A DNA stretch of 64,000 nt from contig CM059432.1 of the NCBI GenBank assembly GCA_030390025.1, forward strand, positions 142,664,001 to 142,728,000, read 5' to 3'. This document shows, one piece after another, positions 23,782 through 36,139 of the stretch. This DNA is from Squalus acanthias (taxonomy: Eukaryota). The notes below the pieces were generated by a model. That model was given only the letters and a program-made list of their open reading frames with translations. It made no database searches and was not told where the DNA came from. The position numbers and the translations under genes were made by a program. The first letter of the stretch is position 1, and each line of letters starts with the position of its first letter.

Positions 23782-24130
23782 CAATAGCTTGCATTTATAT
23801 AGCGCCTTCAACAGAGTGAAACATCCCAAGCTGCTTCACAGGGGCATTGTCAGATAAAATTTGACAGTGAGCCACATAAAATGATATGAGGACAGGTGAG
23901 GTAGGTTTTAAGGAGAGAGAATATCGGGAGGGAATTCCAAAGTTTGGGGGCCCAGGCAGCTGTAGGCACGGCCGCCAGTGGTGGAGCGATGAAAATCGGG
24001 GATGCGCAAAAAGCCAGAATTGGAGGAGGGCAGCGATCTCGGAGGGTTGTAGGGCTGGAGAGATTACAGAGATAGGGAGGGACGAGGCCATGGAGGGATT
24101 TGAAAACAAGAGTGAGATTTTCAAAATCGA
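23782..24130 (-). mobile_element. L2-clade LINE 3' fragment
   Basis: LVFKSLHGLVPPYLCNL..APKLWNSLP. Confidence 0.75.
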
Positions 24131-27100
24131 GTATTAACGGCAGGATCCCTGAGCACCACACTTGCAACAAATGAAAATGCAGTAAACCAAACTTTTCACA
24201 ATTGGGAGTACGGCGGGGGCGGGGGGAGTGGGGGGGAAATGGGATTTTAGAAATGCTGACATTAAAGCGGGAACTGTAACACCATATCGTGAGGGTGGAA
24301 CCGAAGGATTGTGTGATATTTCAGCTCCAAAATCACGACTATCTTTATTAACTTCTCACTTTGTGCCCTCCATTTCTACCATACTCAATTCGCGTGCTGC
24401 ACAGCTCGCAATAGAAACTTTTGAAAAACTGACCGTACATTGTAAAGAATAACACATGTCTGACAATCTTTTCCAAGTCATAATTCAGTCTCTCAGGTCT
24501 TTGGAGGCTCATAAACCAATCGAGATTTGCTCTAAAGGTTTACGATGCCACTAAAAGCCTTCGATTGAATTACCTCCTTGAAACGCAGTGTCTATTATCT
24601 TATGCGGCAAGGTTGATGCAGAGATATCGGTCCTTTTCCATTCAGGCCTCCCAAAGGATTTAGTATGGGGTTAAATCGCCTGATAAAAACTTTACGTTTC
24701 ACATTTTACTTGCACATTCTGTGGATACAGCCTCGGATACTGGGAATGGTTTATTAAACCCACTGGTGGACTCAGTTCTTAGCAGATGCAGTTGGATTGT
24801 TCATACAATACAGGACAGTGTGGATCTTCCATAATACAAAGAAGAAAGAAAAGAAAGAAAAACAGAAAATGCTGGAAACACTCAGCAAGGTCAGGCAGCA
24901 TCTCTGGAGTGAGAAACAGAGTTTATGTTTCAGGTTCATGACCCTTCGTCAGAACTGGAAAAAGTTGGAGATGTTTTTAAGCAAATGTAGGGGCAGGGAA
25001 AGGGGGGGGAGGGGAGGAAAGAACAAAAGGAAAGCTCTGTGATTGGGTGGAAGGCAGGAGAGATTAAATGACAAAAGGTATGATGGAACAAAGCAAAAGG
25101 AGATGGTAATGGGACAAGTGAAGAAACAAAAGATGGGTCGAGAAGAGGTGTAAATGGGAATAGCAGAATCATCAACAGCTTCTATCTGAAAAAATGGGGG
25201 GCAGAGGTTATGATCTGAAAATGTTGAACTCAATGTTGAGTCCAGAAGGCTGTAAAGTGCCTAATCGAACGATGAGGTGCTATTCCTCGAGTTTACATTG
25301 AACTTCATTGGAACAGTGTAAGAGGCCGAGGATCGAGAGGTCAGAGTGGGAGTGGAGCGGAGAATTAAAGTGACAGGTGACCGGAAGCTCGGGGTCACGC
25401 TTGCAGATTCAACCATTCCGTGTTTGGTCTCCCCAGTGTAGAGGAGACCACAACGTGAGCAGCGAATACAGTATACTAAATTGAAAGAAGTACAAGTAAA
25501 TTGCTGTTTCACCTGGAAGGAGTGTTTGGGGCCCTGGACGGTGGAAAGGGAGGAGGTAAAAGGGCAGGTGTTGCATCTCCTGCGCTTGCACGGGAAGGTG
25601 CCATGGGAAGGGGTGTTGGGGATGATGCAGGAATGGACCAAGGTGTTGCGGAGGCAACGGTCCCTTCGGAATGCTGAAAGGAGAGGGGAAGATGTGTTTG
25701 GTAGTGGGATCTTGCTGGAAGTGGCAAGGGTGATCCGTTGAATGTGGAGGCTAGTGGGCTGGAAGGTGAGGGCAAGGGGAACCCTATCGTGGTTCTGAGA
25801 GGGAGTGGAAGGGATGAGAGCAGAAGTGCGGGAAATGGAACAGATTCGGTTGAGGGCCATGTCAACCACGGTAGAGGGGAATCTTTGGTTGAGGAAAAAG
25901 GAAGACATGTTGGAAGCACTAGTATGGAAGGTGGCATCATCAGAACAGATGCGACGGAGACAGAGAAACTGGGAGAATGGAATAGAGTCCTTACAGGAGG
26001 CGGGGTGGGAGGAAGTGTAGTCCAGGTAGCTGTGGGAATCAGTGGGCTTATAGTGGATGTTGGTCGATAGCCTATCCCCAGAAATGGAGATAGAGAAGTC
26101 GAGGAAGGGAAAGGAAGAGTCGGAGATGGACCATGTGATGGTGAGGGAAGGGTGGAAATTGGAAGCAAAGTGAATGAAATTTTCCAGTTCAGGGCGAGAG
26201 CAGGAAACGGCTCTGATACAGTCATCAATGTTCCAGATAAAGAGATGAGGTGGGTGACCTGAGTAGGAACATAGGAACAGGAGCAGGCCATTCAGCCCCT
26301 CGAGCCTGTTCCACCATTCAGTGAGATCATGGCTGATCTGCGACCTAACTCCATATACCCGCCTTTGGCCCATATCCCTTAATACCTTTGGTTAACAGAA
26401 AGCTATCAATCTCCGATTTAAAATTAACAATTGCCGTTTGCGGAAGAGAGTTCCAAACTTCTACCACCCTTTCTGTGTAGAAGTGTTTCCTAATTTCACT
26501 CCTGAAAGGTCTGGCTCTAATTTTTAGACTCTGCCCCCTAGTCCTAGAATCCCCAACCAGTGGAAATAGTTTCTCTCTCTCTACCCTATCTGTTCCCCTT
26601 AATATCTTGAAAACTTCGATCAGATCACCCCTTAACCTTCTAAATTCCAGGGAATACAACCCTAATTTGTGTAATCTCTCCTCTAACTTAACCCTTGAAG
26701 TCTGGGTACCATTCTAGTAAACCTACGCTGCACTGCCTCCAAGGCCAATATATCCTTCCTAAGGTGTGGTGCCCAGAACTGCTCACAGTGCTCCAGGTGT
26801 GGTCTACCCAGGGCTTTGTACAGCTGCAGCATAACTTCTACCCCCTTGTATTCTAGTCCTCTAGATATAAAGGCCAGCATTCCATTAGCCTTTTTGATTA
26901 TTTTCTGTACCTGTTCATGACATTTTAATGATCTATGTACCTGGACCCCCAAGTCTCTTTGGACCTCCACTGTTTTTAGCTTTTCACCATTTAGAAAGTA
27001 CCCTGTTCTATCCTTTTTAGGTCCAAAGTGGATGACCTCACATTTGCTTACATTGAAATCCATTTGCCACAGTTTTGCCCATTCACTTAATCTGTCGATA

Positions 27101-27157
27101 TCCTTTGTAATGTTATACTTTCATCTACACTGCCTACAATTTCACCTATCTTTGTGT

Positions 27158-27930
27158 CATAGAAACATAGAAACATAGAAACATAGAAAATAGGTACAGG
27201 AGTAGACCATTCGGTCCTTCGAGCCTGCACCGCCATTCAATGCGTTCATGGCTGAACATGCTACCTCAGTACCCCATTCCTGCTTTCTCGCCATACCCCT
27301 TGATCCTCCTAGTTGTGAGTGTTATATCTAACTCACTTTTGAATATATTTAGCGAACTGGCCTCAACAACCTTCTGTGGAAGAGAATTCCATAGATTCAC
27401 CACTCTCTGGGTGAAGAAGTTCCTCCTCAGCTCAGTCTTAAATGGCTTCCCCTTAATCCTTAGACTGTGACCCCTGGTTCTAGTTTTCCCTAACATTGGG
27501 AACATTCTGCCCGCATCTAATTTGTCTAAACCAGTCAGGATTTTAAATGTCTCTATAAGATCCCCCCTCATTCTTCTGAACTCCAGAGGATACAAGTTCA
27601 GTTGACCCAATCTTTCTTGATATGTCAGTCTGGCCATCCCAGGAATCAATCTAGTGAACCTTCGCTGCACTCCCTCAATAGCAAGAATGTCCTTCCTTAA
27701 GTTAGGAGACCAAAACTGCGCACAATACTCCAGGTGTGGCCTCACCAAGGCCCTGTACAACTGCAGCATCACCTCCCTACTCCTGTACTCAAATCCCCTT
27801 ACTATGAAGGCCATCATTCCGTTTGCTTTCTTGACTGCCTGCTGCACTTGCATTCCCACCTTCAGTGACTGATGTACCATGACGCCCAGGTCTCGTTGCA
27901 CCTCCCCTTTCCCTAATCTGCCACCATTCA
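27158..27930 (-). mobile_element. Young CR1 3' fragment nested in CR1
   Basis: Open 211-aa C-terminal frame 27266..27901; (CATAGAAA)n tail. Confidence 0.85.
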
Positions 27931-28212
27931 GGTAAATTTGGATATATGACTTTCTATGCCATCATCTAAGTCATTAATAAATACTGTGAATAGTTGAAGC
28001 CCCAACACAGATCCCTGCAGGACACCACTAAGCACATCCTGCCAATTTGAGTACCTACCCATTATCCCTACTGCCTATCTCCTGCCGCTCAGCCAATTTC
28101 CGAACCAGGTCAATAATTTGCCCTCAATTCCTTTTACCTTAGTTAACAGTCTCTTATGTGGGACTTTATCAAATGCCTTCTGGAAGTCCATATAAATAAC
28201 ATCCATAGACAT

Positions 28213-29228
28213 AGGTGACCCCACCACCAAACGCATCTTCCCCTCACCTCCCCTTTCAGCATTCCGCAGGGACCACTCCCTCCGCGACACCCTAGTCCAC
28301 TCCTCTACCACCCCCAGCACCCCTTCCCCTTCGCCCGGCACCTTCCCGTGCAAGCGCAGGAGATGCAACACATGCCCTTATACCTCCCCCCTTCCCACTG
28401 TCCAGGGCCCCAAACACCCCTTCCAGGTGAAACAGCGATTTACTTGTACTTCCTGCAATTTAGTATACTGTATTCGCTGCTCACGATGCGGTCTCCTCTA
28501 CATTGGGGAGATCAAACGCAGATTGGGTGACCGCTTTGCGGAACACCTCCGTTCAGTCCGTAAGGGGGACCCCGAGCTTCCGGTCGCCTGTCACTTTAAT
28601 TCTCCGCTCCACTCCCACTCTGACCTCACCGTCCTCGGCCTCTTGCATTGTTCCACGGAAGCTCAGCGTAAGCTCGAGGAACAGCACCTCATCTTTCGTT
28701 TAGGCACGCTACAGCCCTCTGGACTCAACATAGAGTTCAACAATTTCAGATCATAACCCCGGCCCCCATCACATATATATATATTTTTATTTTATTTAAA
28801 AAAAAAAAAATTTTTATCCACACTTTTGTTTGCCAATTTTTTCTTCCCTCCCAGAAGCTGGCAGCTGTCCTTCATTCTGCCAGCGCAATTCACACTTCAT
28901 CTAGAGCCATCCTTTGTTCCTCAACCTGTCCCATTTCCACCTCCTCTTGCCTTGAATATCTCTTAATGTCTCTCAATGTCTCTTAATCTCTCTGCTTTCT
29001 ATCCTATCACTGACCTTCCCTTTTGTTCTTTCATCCCCTCCCCCTTTTCCCAGCCCTAAACTTGCTTTAAAATCTATTTAATTTCTGCTTTTTTCTCAGT
29101 TCTGACGAAAGGTCTTTGACCTGAAACGTTAACTCTGTTTCTCTCTCCACGGATGCTGCCTCGCCTGCTGAGTTTTTCCAGCATTTTCTGTTGTTATTTC
29201 AGATTTCCAGCATCCGCAGTATTTTGCT
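28213..29228 (+). mobile_element. Penelope-like element 3' part with 12-bp TSD
   Basis: GIY-YIG ORF 28427..28756; ATCCATAGACAT duplicated at 28201-28212 and 29229-29240. Confidence 0.9.
29097..29134 (+). ncRNA. Minimal type I hammerhead ribozyme (Penelope-associated)
   Basis: AGTT-CTGACGA-A-AGGTC-TTT-GACCT-GAAA-CGTT-AACT: intact core boxes, 5-bp stem II, stem I AGTT/AACT, palindromic ACGT in place of stem III. Confidence 0.8.
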
Positions 29229-29677
29229 ATCCATAGACATTCCCCTGTCCACTACTTTAGTCACCTCTTCAAAAATTTCAACCAGGTTTGTCAGGCAAGA
29301 CCAACCTTTCACAAATCCATGCTGGCTCTCTCTGATCAACTGAAAATTTTTGAGGTGTTCAGTCACTCTATCCTTAATTATAGACTCTAGCAATTTTCTG
29401 ACAACAGATGTTAGGCTAACTGGTCTATAATTCCCTGGTTTCCCTCTCACGCCATTCTTAAATAGCGGAGTGACATGCACAATTTTCCAATCTAAAGGAA
29501 CAGTTCTTGAATCGAGAGAACTTTGGAAGATTAGAGTTAGGACATCCGCAATGTGCTCACCTACTTCCTTTAAAACCCTGGGATGGAAACCATCTGGTCC
29601 TGGGGATTTGTCACTCTTTCGTGCCATTATTTTCTTCACAACTGTTATTTTACTTACATTAATTTTATTGAATCCCT

Positions 29678-30341
29678 GGGGGATAAACTCGTTGGCGACC
29701 ATTTTGGGTTGCTAACATAGCGCCGGTGATCGCTAACTTCAGTTGTAGCGCCCCAAGAGGGAGGTGGAGCGCATCCAAGCGCTCCACTTCCTTCTTAGAG
29801 CGCAATCCCCGAATATCGGGGCGGTGCGTTCTGCAGCGTCAAGCACTGGGCCACTTAACGCTGCCACATGGAAGGGCTCTTCCCCCTCATTAAAGGGGAG
29901 GGGCCCAAGCCCACAACTCTGCGGGGCCCTACCTGGACCACCGGGGAGCGGGGTGCCGTGTCAGCAGCCCGGCACACAAGAGGAGTGCCGGGCTGCCAGA
30001 TCGCGGCACGGACCCCGCGTTCAAAGAGGCAACGGGCCGCGACAAGTAAGTCGGCCGATTTTTTAACCCCGCCCGCCACCTCCCCTTTAGTTAGCGCCCC
30101 GCGAGCCTCCTGCTGCTCCATCCCCCCCCCCCGCCCGCCCCGCTGAATCAGTCGCTGTCATCGCCTGCCGCAGATTCAGGAGGCGCCGGCCAATTTTGCA
30201 GGCGGGGCGAAAACGGAGTGCTGCGCTCAGTGATGACGTCGTCATCGCCTGTGCAGTGGAGCGCTGCGCTACCGGTTACTGCTGCCGCTAAACTCCCGGG
30301 GGCACTAATGAGAAGCGTAAATCCACCAAATTTCTAGCCCC
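29678..30341. mobile_element. GC-rich non-autonomous TIR element inserted in CR1
   Basis: Imperfect TIRs GGGGGATAAACTCGTTGG and CCACCAAATTTCTAGCCCC; CR1 sequence resumes on both sides. Confidence 0.65.
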
Positions 30342-32065
30342 GTCCCTGATTTAGTTTCCTTGGGATTTCCAGCATGCTGTAAATACTAACGCAAAGTAAT
30401 TATTCAACATGTCCGCCATTTCCTTATTATCTCTGATAATATCACTGCTTTCAGTTTTTAAGGGGCCAACATTGCTCCTGACTACCCTCTTTTTCCTAAT
30501 ATAATTGTAAAAAAATTTCATGTTGAGCTTGATATTCTTTGCACGTTTCCTTTCATACTCCCTTTTTGTAGCTCTTACTATATGTTTTGTGACCCTTTGC
30601 TGCTCTTTGTATCTTTCCCATTCACCAGGATCTGTGCTATTTTTTGCATTTTTGTATACTTTTTCTTTTAGTTTTTTGCTGTCCCTTACCTCTTTAGTCA
30701 TCCATGGATTTGTTTTTGGCAAGTAGAGCTCTTGCCCCTCAGGGCTATAAACTGGTTCTGTATCACCTTAAATTCTTTTTTGAACATCTCCCACTGATCT
30801 TCTGTCATTTTACCCATTAACAGATTTGCCCAGTGTACTGTGGGCAGACTCTGTCTCATCCCATTGAAGTCGGCCTTACCCAAATCTAGAATCTTAGTAA
30901 AACAAAGAGTGTTCCACATATCCCACGAAAAGGTAGGCATAGCTAGGACCAATGCGGGTTCCCTTTAATTTGGAGGAAGTGATTGGAGTCAAAGGAGAAG
31001 TTGTTCAATGTGAGAACAAGCTAAGCCAGGCGGAGGAGGGTGGTGGTGGATGGGGACTGGTTGGGCCTCTGTTCAAGGAAGAAGCGGAGCTCCCTCAGGC
31101 CATCCTGGTGGGGAATGGAGATGTAGAGAGATAGTCCTTGGTGAAAAGGAGACGGTTAGGACCAGGAAACTGGAAATTGTTAAAGTGGCGGAGGGCGTCG
31201 GAAGAGTTGCGGATGTATGTGGGAAGAAACTGGACAAGGGGAGACAAAATAGAGCTGAGATAGGAAGAAATCAGTTCCGTGGGGCAAGAACAGCCTGAAA
31301 TGATGGGTCTACCAGGGCAGTCCTGTTTGTGGATCTTGGGAAGGAGATAGAAGCGGGCTGTGCGGGGTTGGGGAACTATGAGGTTGGAGGGAAGATCTCC
31401 AGAGGAGATGAGGTCAGTGACAGTCTTGGAAATGATGACTAGATGTTCAGTAGTGGGGTCATGGTCCGGGGGAGGTAGAAGGAGGTGTCAGAGAGTTGAC
31501 GTTCAGCCTCCGCAAGGTAGAGGTCGGTTCGCCAAACAACAACAGCGCCACCCTTGTCAGCAGGTTTGATGACAATGTTAGGGTTGGATCTGAAAGAACG
31601 GAGTGCTGCATGTTCAGAGGAGGTAGGTTGGAGTGTGTGAGGGGAGCAGAGAAATTGAGACGGCCGATGTCACGCCGGCAGTTTGCAATGAAACGATCTA
31701 GAGAGGGTAAGAGGCCAGAGGATGGGGTCCAGGTGGAACAAGAATTCTGAAAACAGGAGAAAGGGTCCGCTGTGCGGGGGGAAGACCCCTGGCCAAAGAA
31801 ATGGGCACAGAGGTGAAGGTGGCGGAAAAAGAGCTCAGCGCTGTGCCGAGCTCGAAATTCATTGAGGTAGGTGACGTGAGAAAACTACTAGGCACTTGGT
31901 CTAAGCGTTAAACAAAGCTTTAATCAACTGTTTTACAACATGGAGATCTAGTTGTGTCCTTCACTCGTTCCGGTTAAGAATGTCCTGCGCAAGCTGGGCC
32001 CGTGCCCGAGTATTTATACTCTCCTTGGACAGCGCCACCCGCAGGCCACTCAGTATTATTTCCCT

Positions 32066-33850
32066 GATGCGGAGATGCCGGTGTTGGACTGGGGTGGACA
32101 AAAATGAGAAGTCGCACAACGCCAGGTTATAGTCCAACAGTTTTATTTGAAATCACGAGCTTTCGGAGCGCTGCTCCTTCGTCAGGTAAAGTGAGGGAAT
32201 AAAAATCAGATACAAAGCATATATAGACAGAGAACAATGTGTTTCTGACTGTCCTCCATCACCTCGGCAGAGATACAATCAGTCAGGAAGGCATTACATC
32301 AAAGACACAGCAAAATACAGCTAAGACAATGAGGTGGGGTCACAGGGGGTCCAACGTGTCAAATGCTGCAGTCTGCAGTTAAGCTTTTTACTTTTTTTTA
32401 AAACTGGAAATCACATCTGTGAACAAGACAACGACGACTCTAGTCTGGATGAATCTATGTCATGTAGCGTGACATGAAACCAAGATCCCGGTTGAGGCCG
32501 TCCTCATGGGTGCAGAACTTGGCTATCAGTTTCTGCTCAATGATTTTGCATTGTCGTGTGTCTCGAAGGCCGCCTTGGAGAACGCTTACCCGCAGATCCG
32601 AGGCTGAATGTCCTTGACTACTGAAGTGAACCCCGACTGGGAGGTAACAATCCTGCCTGGCGATTGTTGCGCGGTGTCCGTTCATACGTTGTCTCAGTGT
32701 CTGCATGGTCTCGCCGATGTACCATGCTCTGGGGCATCCTTTCCTGCAACGTATGAGGTAGACAACGTTGGCCGAGTCACATGAGTATGTACCATGTACC
32801 TGGTGGGTAGTGTCCTCACGTGTGATGATGGTATCTGTGTTGATGATCTGGCATGTCTTGCAGAGGTTGCCGTGGCAGGGTTGTGTGGTGTCGTGGTCGC
32901 TGTTCTCCTGACAGCTGGGTAATTTGCTGTGAACGATGGTACTTTTGAGGTTAGGCGGCTGCTTGAAGGCGAGTAGTGGAGGCGTGGGGATGGCCTTAGC
33001 AAGGTGTTCGTCGTCATCGATGACATGTTGGAGGCTGCGAAGAACATGGCGTAGTTTCTCCACTCCGGGGAAGTACTGGACGACGTAGGGTACTCTGTTG
33101 GTTGTGTCCCGTGTTCGCCTTCTGAGGAGGTCTATGCGATTTTTTGCTGTGGCCCATCGAACTGTCGATCGACGAGTCGAGCGTCATATCCCGTTCTTAC
33201 GAGGGCGTCTTTCAGCATCCGTAGGTGTCCATCGCGTTCCTCCTCGTCTGAGCAGATCTTGTGTATTCGCAGGGCTTGTCCATAGGGGATGGCTTCTTTA
33301 ACGTGGTTAGGGTGGAAGCTGGAGAAGTGGAGCATCGTGAGGTTGTCCGTGGGCTTGCGGTAGAGTGAAGTTCTGAGGTGTCCGTCTTTGATGGAGATTC
33401 GTGTGTCCAAGAATGAAACCGATTCTGAGGAGTAGTCCATGGTGAGTTTGATGGTGGGATGGAACCTGTTGATGTTATCGTGTAGTCCTTTCAGTGATCC
33501 TTCGCCGTGGGTCCAAAGGAAGAAAATGTCATCGATGTATCTGGTGTACAGCGTTGGTTGGAGGTCCTGTGCAGCGAAGAAGTCTTGCTCGAACTTATGC
33601 ATGAAGATGTTGGCGTATTGGGCTGCGAATTTGGTTCCCATGGCTGTTCCGTGTGTTTGGGTAAAAAACTGGTTGTCGAAGGTGAAGACATTGTGGTCAA
33701 GGATGAAGTGGATGAGTTGTAGGATGGCGTCTGGAGATTGGCTGTTGTTGGTGTTGAGTACTGAGGCTGTCGCAGCGATGCCGTCATCGTGGGGGATACT
33801 GGTGTAGAGTGCCGATACGTCCATCGTGGCGAGGAGTGTTCCTGGAGTTC
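32066..33850 (-). mobile_element. Penelope-like element, second family (RT plus GIY-YIG), 5'-truncated, one frameshift
   Basis: MDVSALYTSIPH, GTAMGTKFAAQYAN, RYIDDIF (33132..33824); NVVYLIRCRKGCPRAWYIGET..RMNGHR (32455..33063). Confidence 0.92.
32153..32189 (-). ncRNA. Minimal type I hammerhead ribozyme (Penelope-associated)
   Basis: Minus strand TTAC-CTGACGA-A-GGAGC-AGC-GCTCC-GAAA-GCTC-GTGA; palindromic AGCT, predicted CUC cleavage site; AATAAA follows. Confidence 0.8.
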
Positions 33851-34303
33851 CTGGAGTATCATTTCATAAGTTATGAATGACAGATTCATGTCAGTAGAGG
33901 TGTAAGGGGATGAAGCTCAGGCCTTCACTGAGTACTGATCGTACGGGGTCAGAGAGGAGAAGGTCAGAGGGGATGGTGAAAACACAGCATGGGCTGAGAT
34001 TGGAAGAAGGGATGGGATCAGAGGAAAGTAAAGGTGAAGAAGGTTCCAGAGGTGCGTTGCAATCCTTTACACCTGAAGTTTTGCTTTTGTGAAAAAAAAG
34101 ACTTGAATTTATATAGCACCATTCATGACTTCAGGGCATCCCAATATGCTATGCAGCCAATGAAGTACTTTTGAAGTACTGTTGTAATGTAGGAATCGCG
34201 GCAGCAATTTGCGCGCATCAAGCTCCCACAAACAGCAATGTGATAATAAACAGATAATCTGTTTTTGTGATGTTGGTTGGGGGGTAAATATTGGCCAGGA
34301 CTG

Positions 34304-35100
34304 ATAAGTGGCAGGTAACATTCACGCCACACAAGTGCCAGGCAATGACTATCTCCAACAAGCAAGAGTCTATCTACCACCCTTGACATTCAGCGGCATT
34401 ACCATTGACGAATGCCCCACCATCAACATCCTGGGGGGTCACCATTGATCAGAAGCTTAACTGGACCAGCCACATAAATCCTGTGGCTGCAAGAGCAGGT
34501 CAGAGGCTGGGTATTCTGCGGCGAGTGTCTCACCTCCTGACTCCTCAAAGCCTTTCCACCACCTACAAGACACAAGTCAGGAGTGTGATGGAATACTCTC
34601 CACTTGCCTCGATGAGTGCAGCGTCAACAACGCTCAAGAAGCTCGACACCATCCAGGACAAAGCAGCCCGCTTGATTGGCACCCCATCCACCACCTTAAA
34701 CATTCACTCCCTCCATCACCGGCATACCGTGGCTGCAGTGTGTACCATCTACAAGATGCACTGCAGCAACTCGTCAAGGCTTCTTCAACAGCACCTCCCA
34801 AACCCGCGACCTCTTCCACCTAGAAGGACAAGGGCAGCAGGAGCATGGGAACACCACCACCTCCAAGTTCCCCTCCAAGTCACACACCATCCTGATTTGG
34901 AAATATCGCCATTCCTTCAAAGTCATTAGGTCAAAATCCTGGAACTCCCTCCCTAACAGCACTGTGGGAGTACCTTCACCACACGGACTGCAGCGGTTCA
35001 AGAAGGCGGCTCACCACCACCTTCTCAAGGGCAATTAGGGATGGGCAATAAATGCTGGCCTTGCCAGCGACGCCCACATCCCACATCCCATAAACTAATT
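34304..35100 (+). mobile_element. CR1/L2-group LINE 3' fragment inserted in a DeuSINE (34098-35345, minus)
   Basis: GVTIDQKLNWTSHI..QVRSVMEYSPL..LDTIQDKAARLI; SINE halves on either side. Confidence 0.8.
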
Positions 35101-36139
35101 TTAAAAAAACACTGGGGAGAAACCCCCCCACCCCCGCACTTCTTTGAAATAGTGGCCATGGGATCTTTTACGTCCACCTGAGAGGAAAGACAGGGCCTTG
35201 TTTTAACGTCTCATCCGAAAGATGACACCTCTGACATTGCAGCACTCCCTCAGCACTGCACTGGGCGTGTCAGCCTGGATTTTGTGCTCAAGTGTCTGGA
35301 GTGGGACTTGAACCCACAGCCTTCTGACTCAGAGGCGAGGCTGACATTGTATGGCCCAAAAATGAATAATTGATTATTTTATTTTAATTTCCTGGGAATT
35401 TTTAAATTTTTGTTTTGAATTTAATAATACAAAAACTTTAACAGTTATTCACTGTGGCTTGTTTGCTGTTTTGTTTTGCCATGTTTCTATCAAGCGCACT
35501 GGAGAGTCAGTGAGAGACAATACTGCAGGCCTCGCTTCATGCAGGTGAAAGAGATTCAGCAACCAAACCTTGTGAGACTTAGAAAGCATAAATCCTTCGA
35601 TTTTTGGAATTCTGATGTGTTGGTAAATCTGGTGAAAATTGAGCATAAAAAAGGATTTGAAACAGATTAAAAAAGCCCGGAAGATAAATAGTGATGAAAC
35701 TGCTAGTTGCCACCCTGTAGTTGGAGTGAGCTGCCAGGCGCAGTAAATCACCACTGTCCGGACCACGAAAGGTTTCTTGTAGAAAGGTCATGTGCTGGAA
35801 ACAGTAAATGAGGTCCTGGTGTCTAGACTGCAGCGAGCATATGCATTTGGTGTTGGAAAAAGGGTCAGAGTTTCCACGGGAAAAAAAACCTGAGGCAACC
35901 CCTGGCCAGATGTGCCGAGAGTGGGAACGACAGAATTTGAGATGTTTGCAATGTGACTAAGGTCCATTCGTAACTGTGGAAGCTGCAATCAATTGGAAAA
36001 TACAGAGGAAACTAAATGAATATATATGCTGGGATACCCAGCCTGCAGTGACAGAGATGCAAGATCCTTTTCTTCCATTCCCTTTCTGTTCTTTCTGCCA
36101 TTCTAACTGTTCCTTTCTTTTAACGGCTCACTTGATGCC

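Larger units (their letters stand above)
26264..30898 (-). mobile_element. CR1-clade LINE inserted in the Penelope element and itself carrying three insertions
   Basis: ORF2 pieces (KADFNGMR, PWMTKEV, KSPGPDGFHPR, YMDFQKAFDKVPH, MDFNVSKCEVIHFG, RRLRGDLIEVFK). Confidence 0.85.
31872..33893 (-). mobile_element. Putative solo LTR (~31872-32065 plus ~33850-33893) split by a Penelope insertion
   Basis: Inverted termini TGACGTGA..TCATGTCA; flanking 5-bp GTAGG/GTAGA; TATAAATA and ATTAAA on the minus strand. Confidence 0.6.
24850..34080 (-). mobile_element. Penelope-like element broken into three pieces (24850-26267, 30899-31871, 33894-34080)
   Basis: RT remnants (NIDDCI, FLDFSI, YKPTDSHSYLDYTSSHP) and GIY-YIG (LVYCIRCSRCGLLYTGET); the pieces rejoin across the inserted elements. 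Confidence 0.8.
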
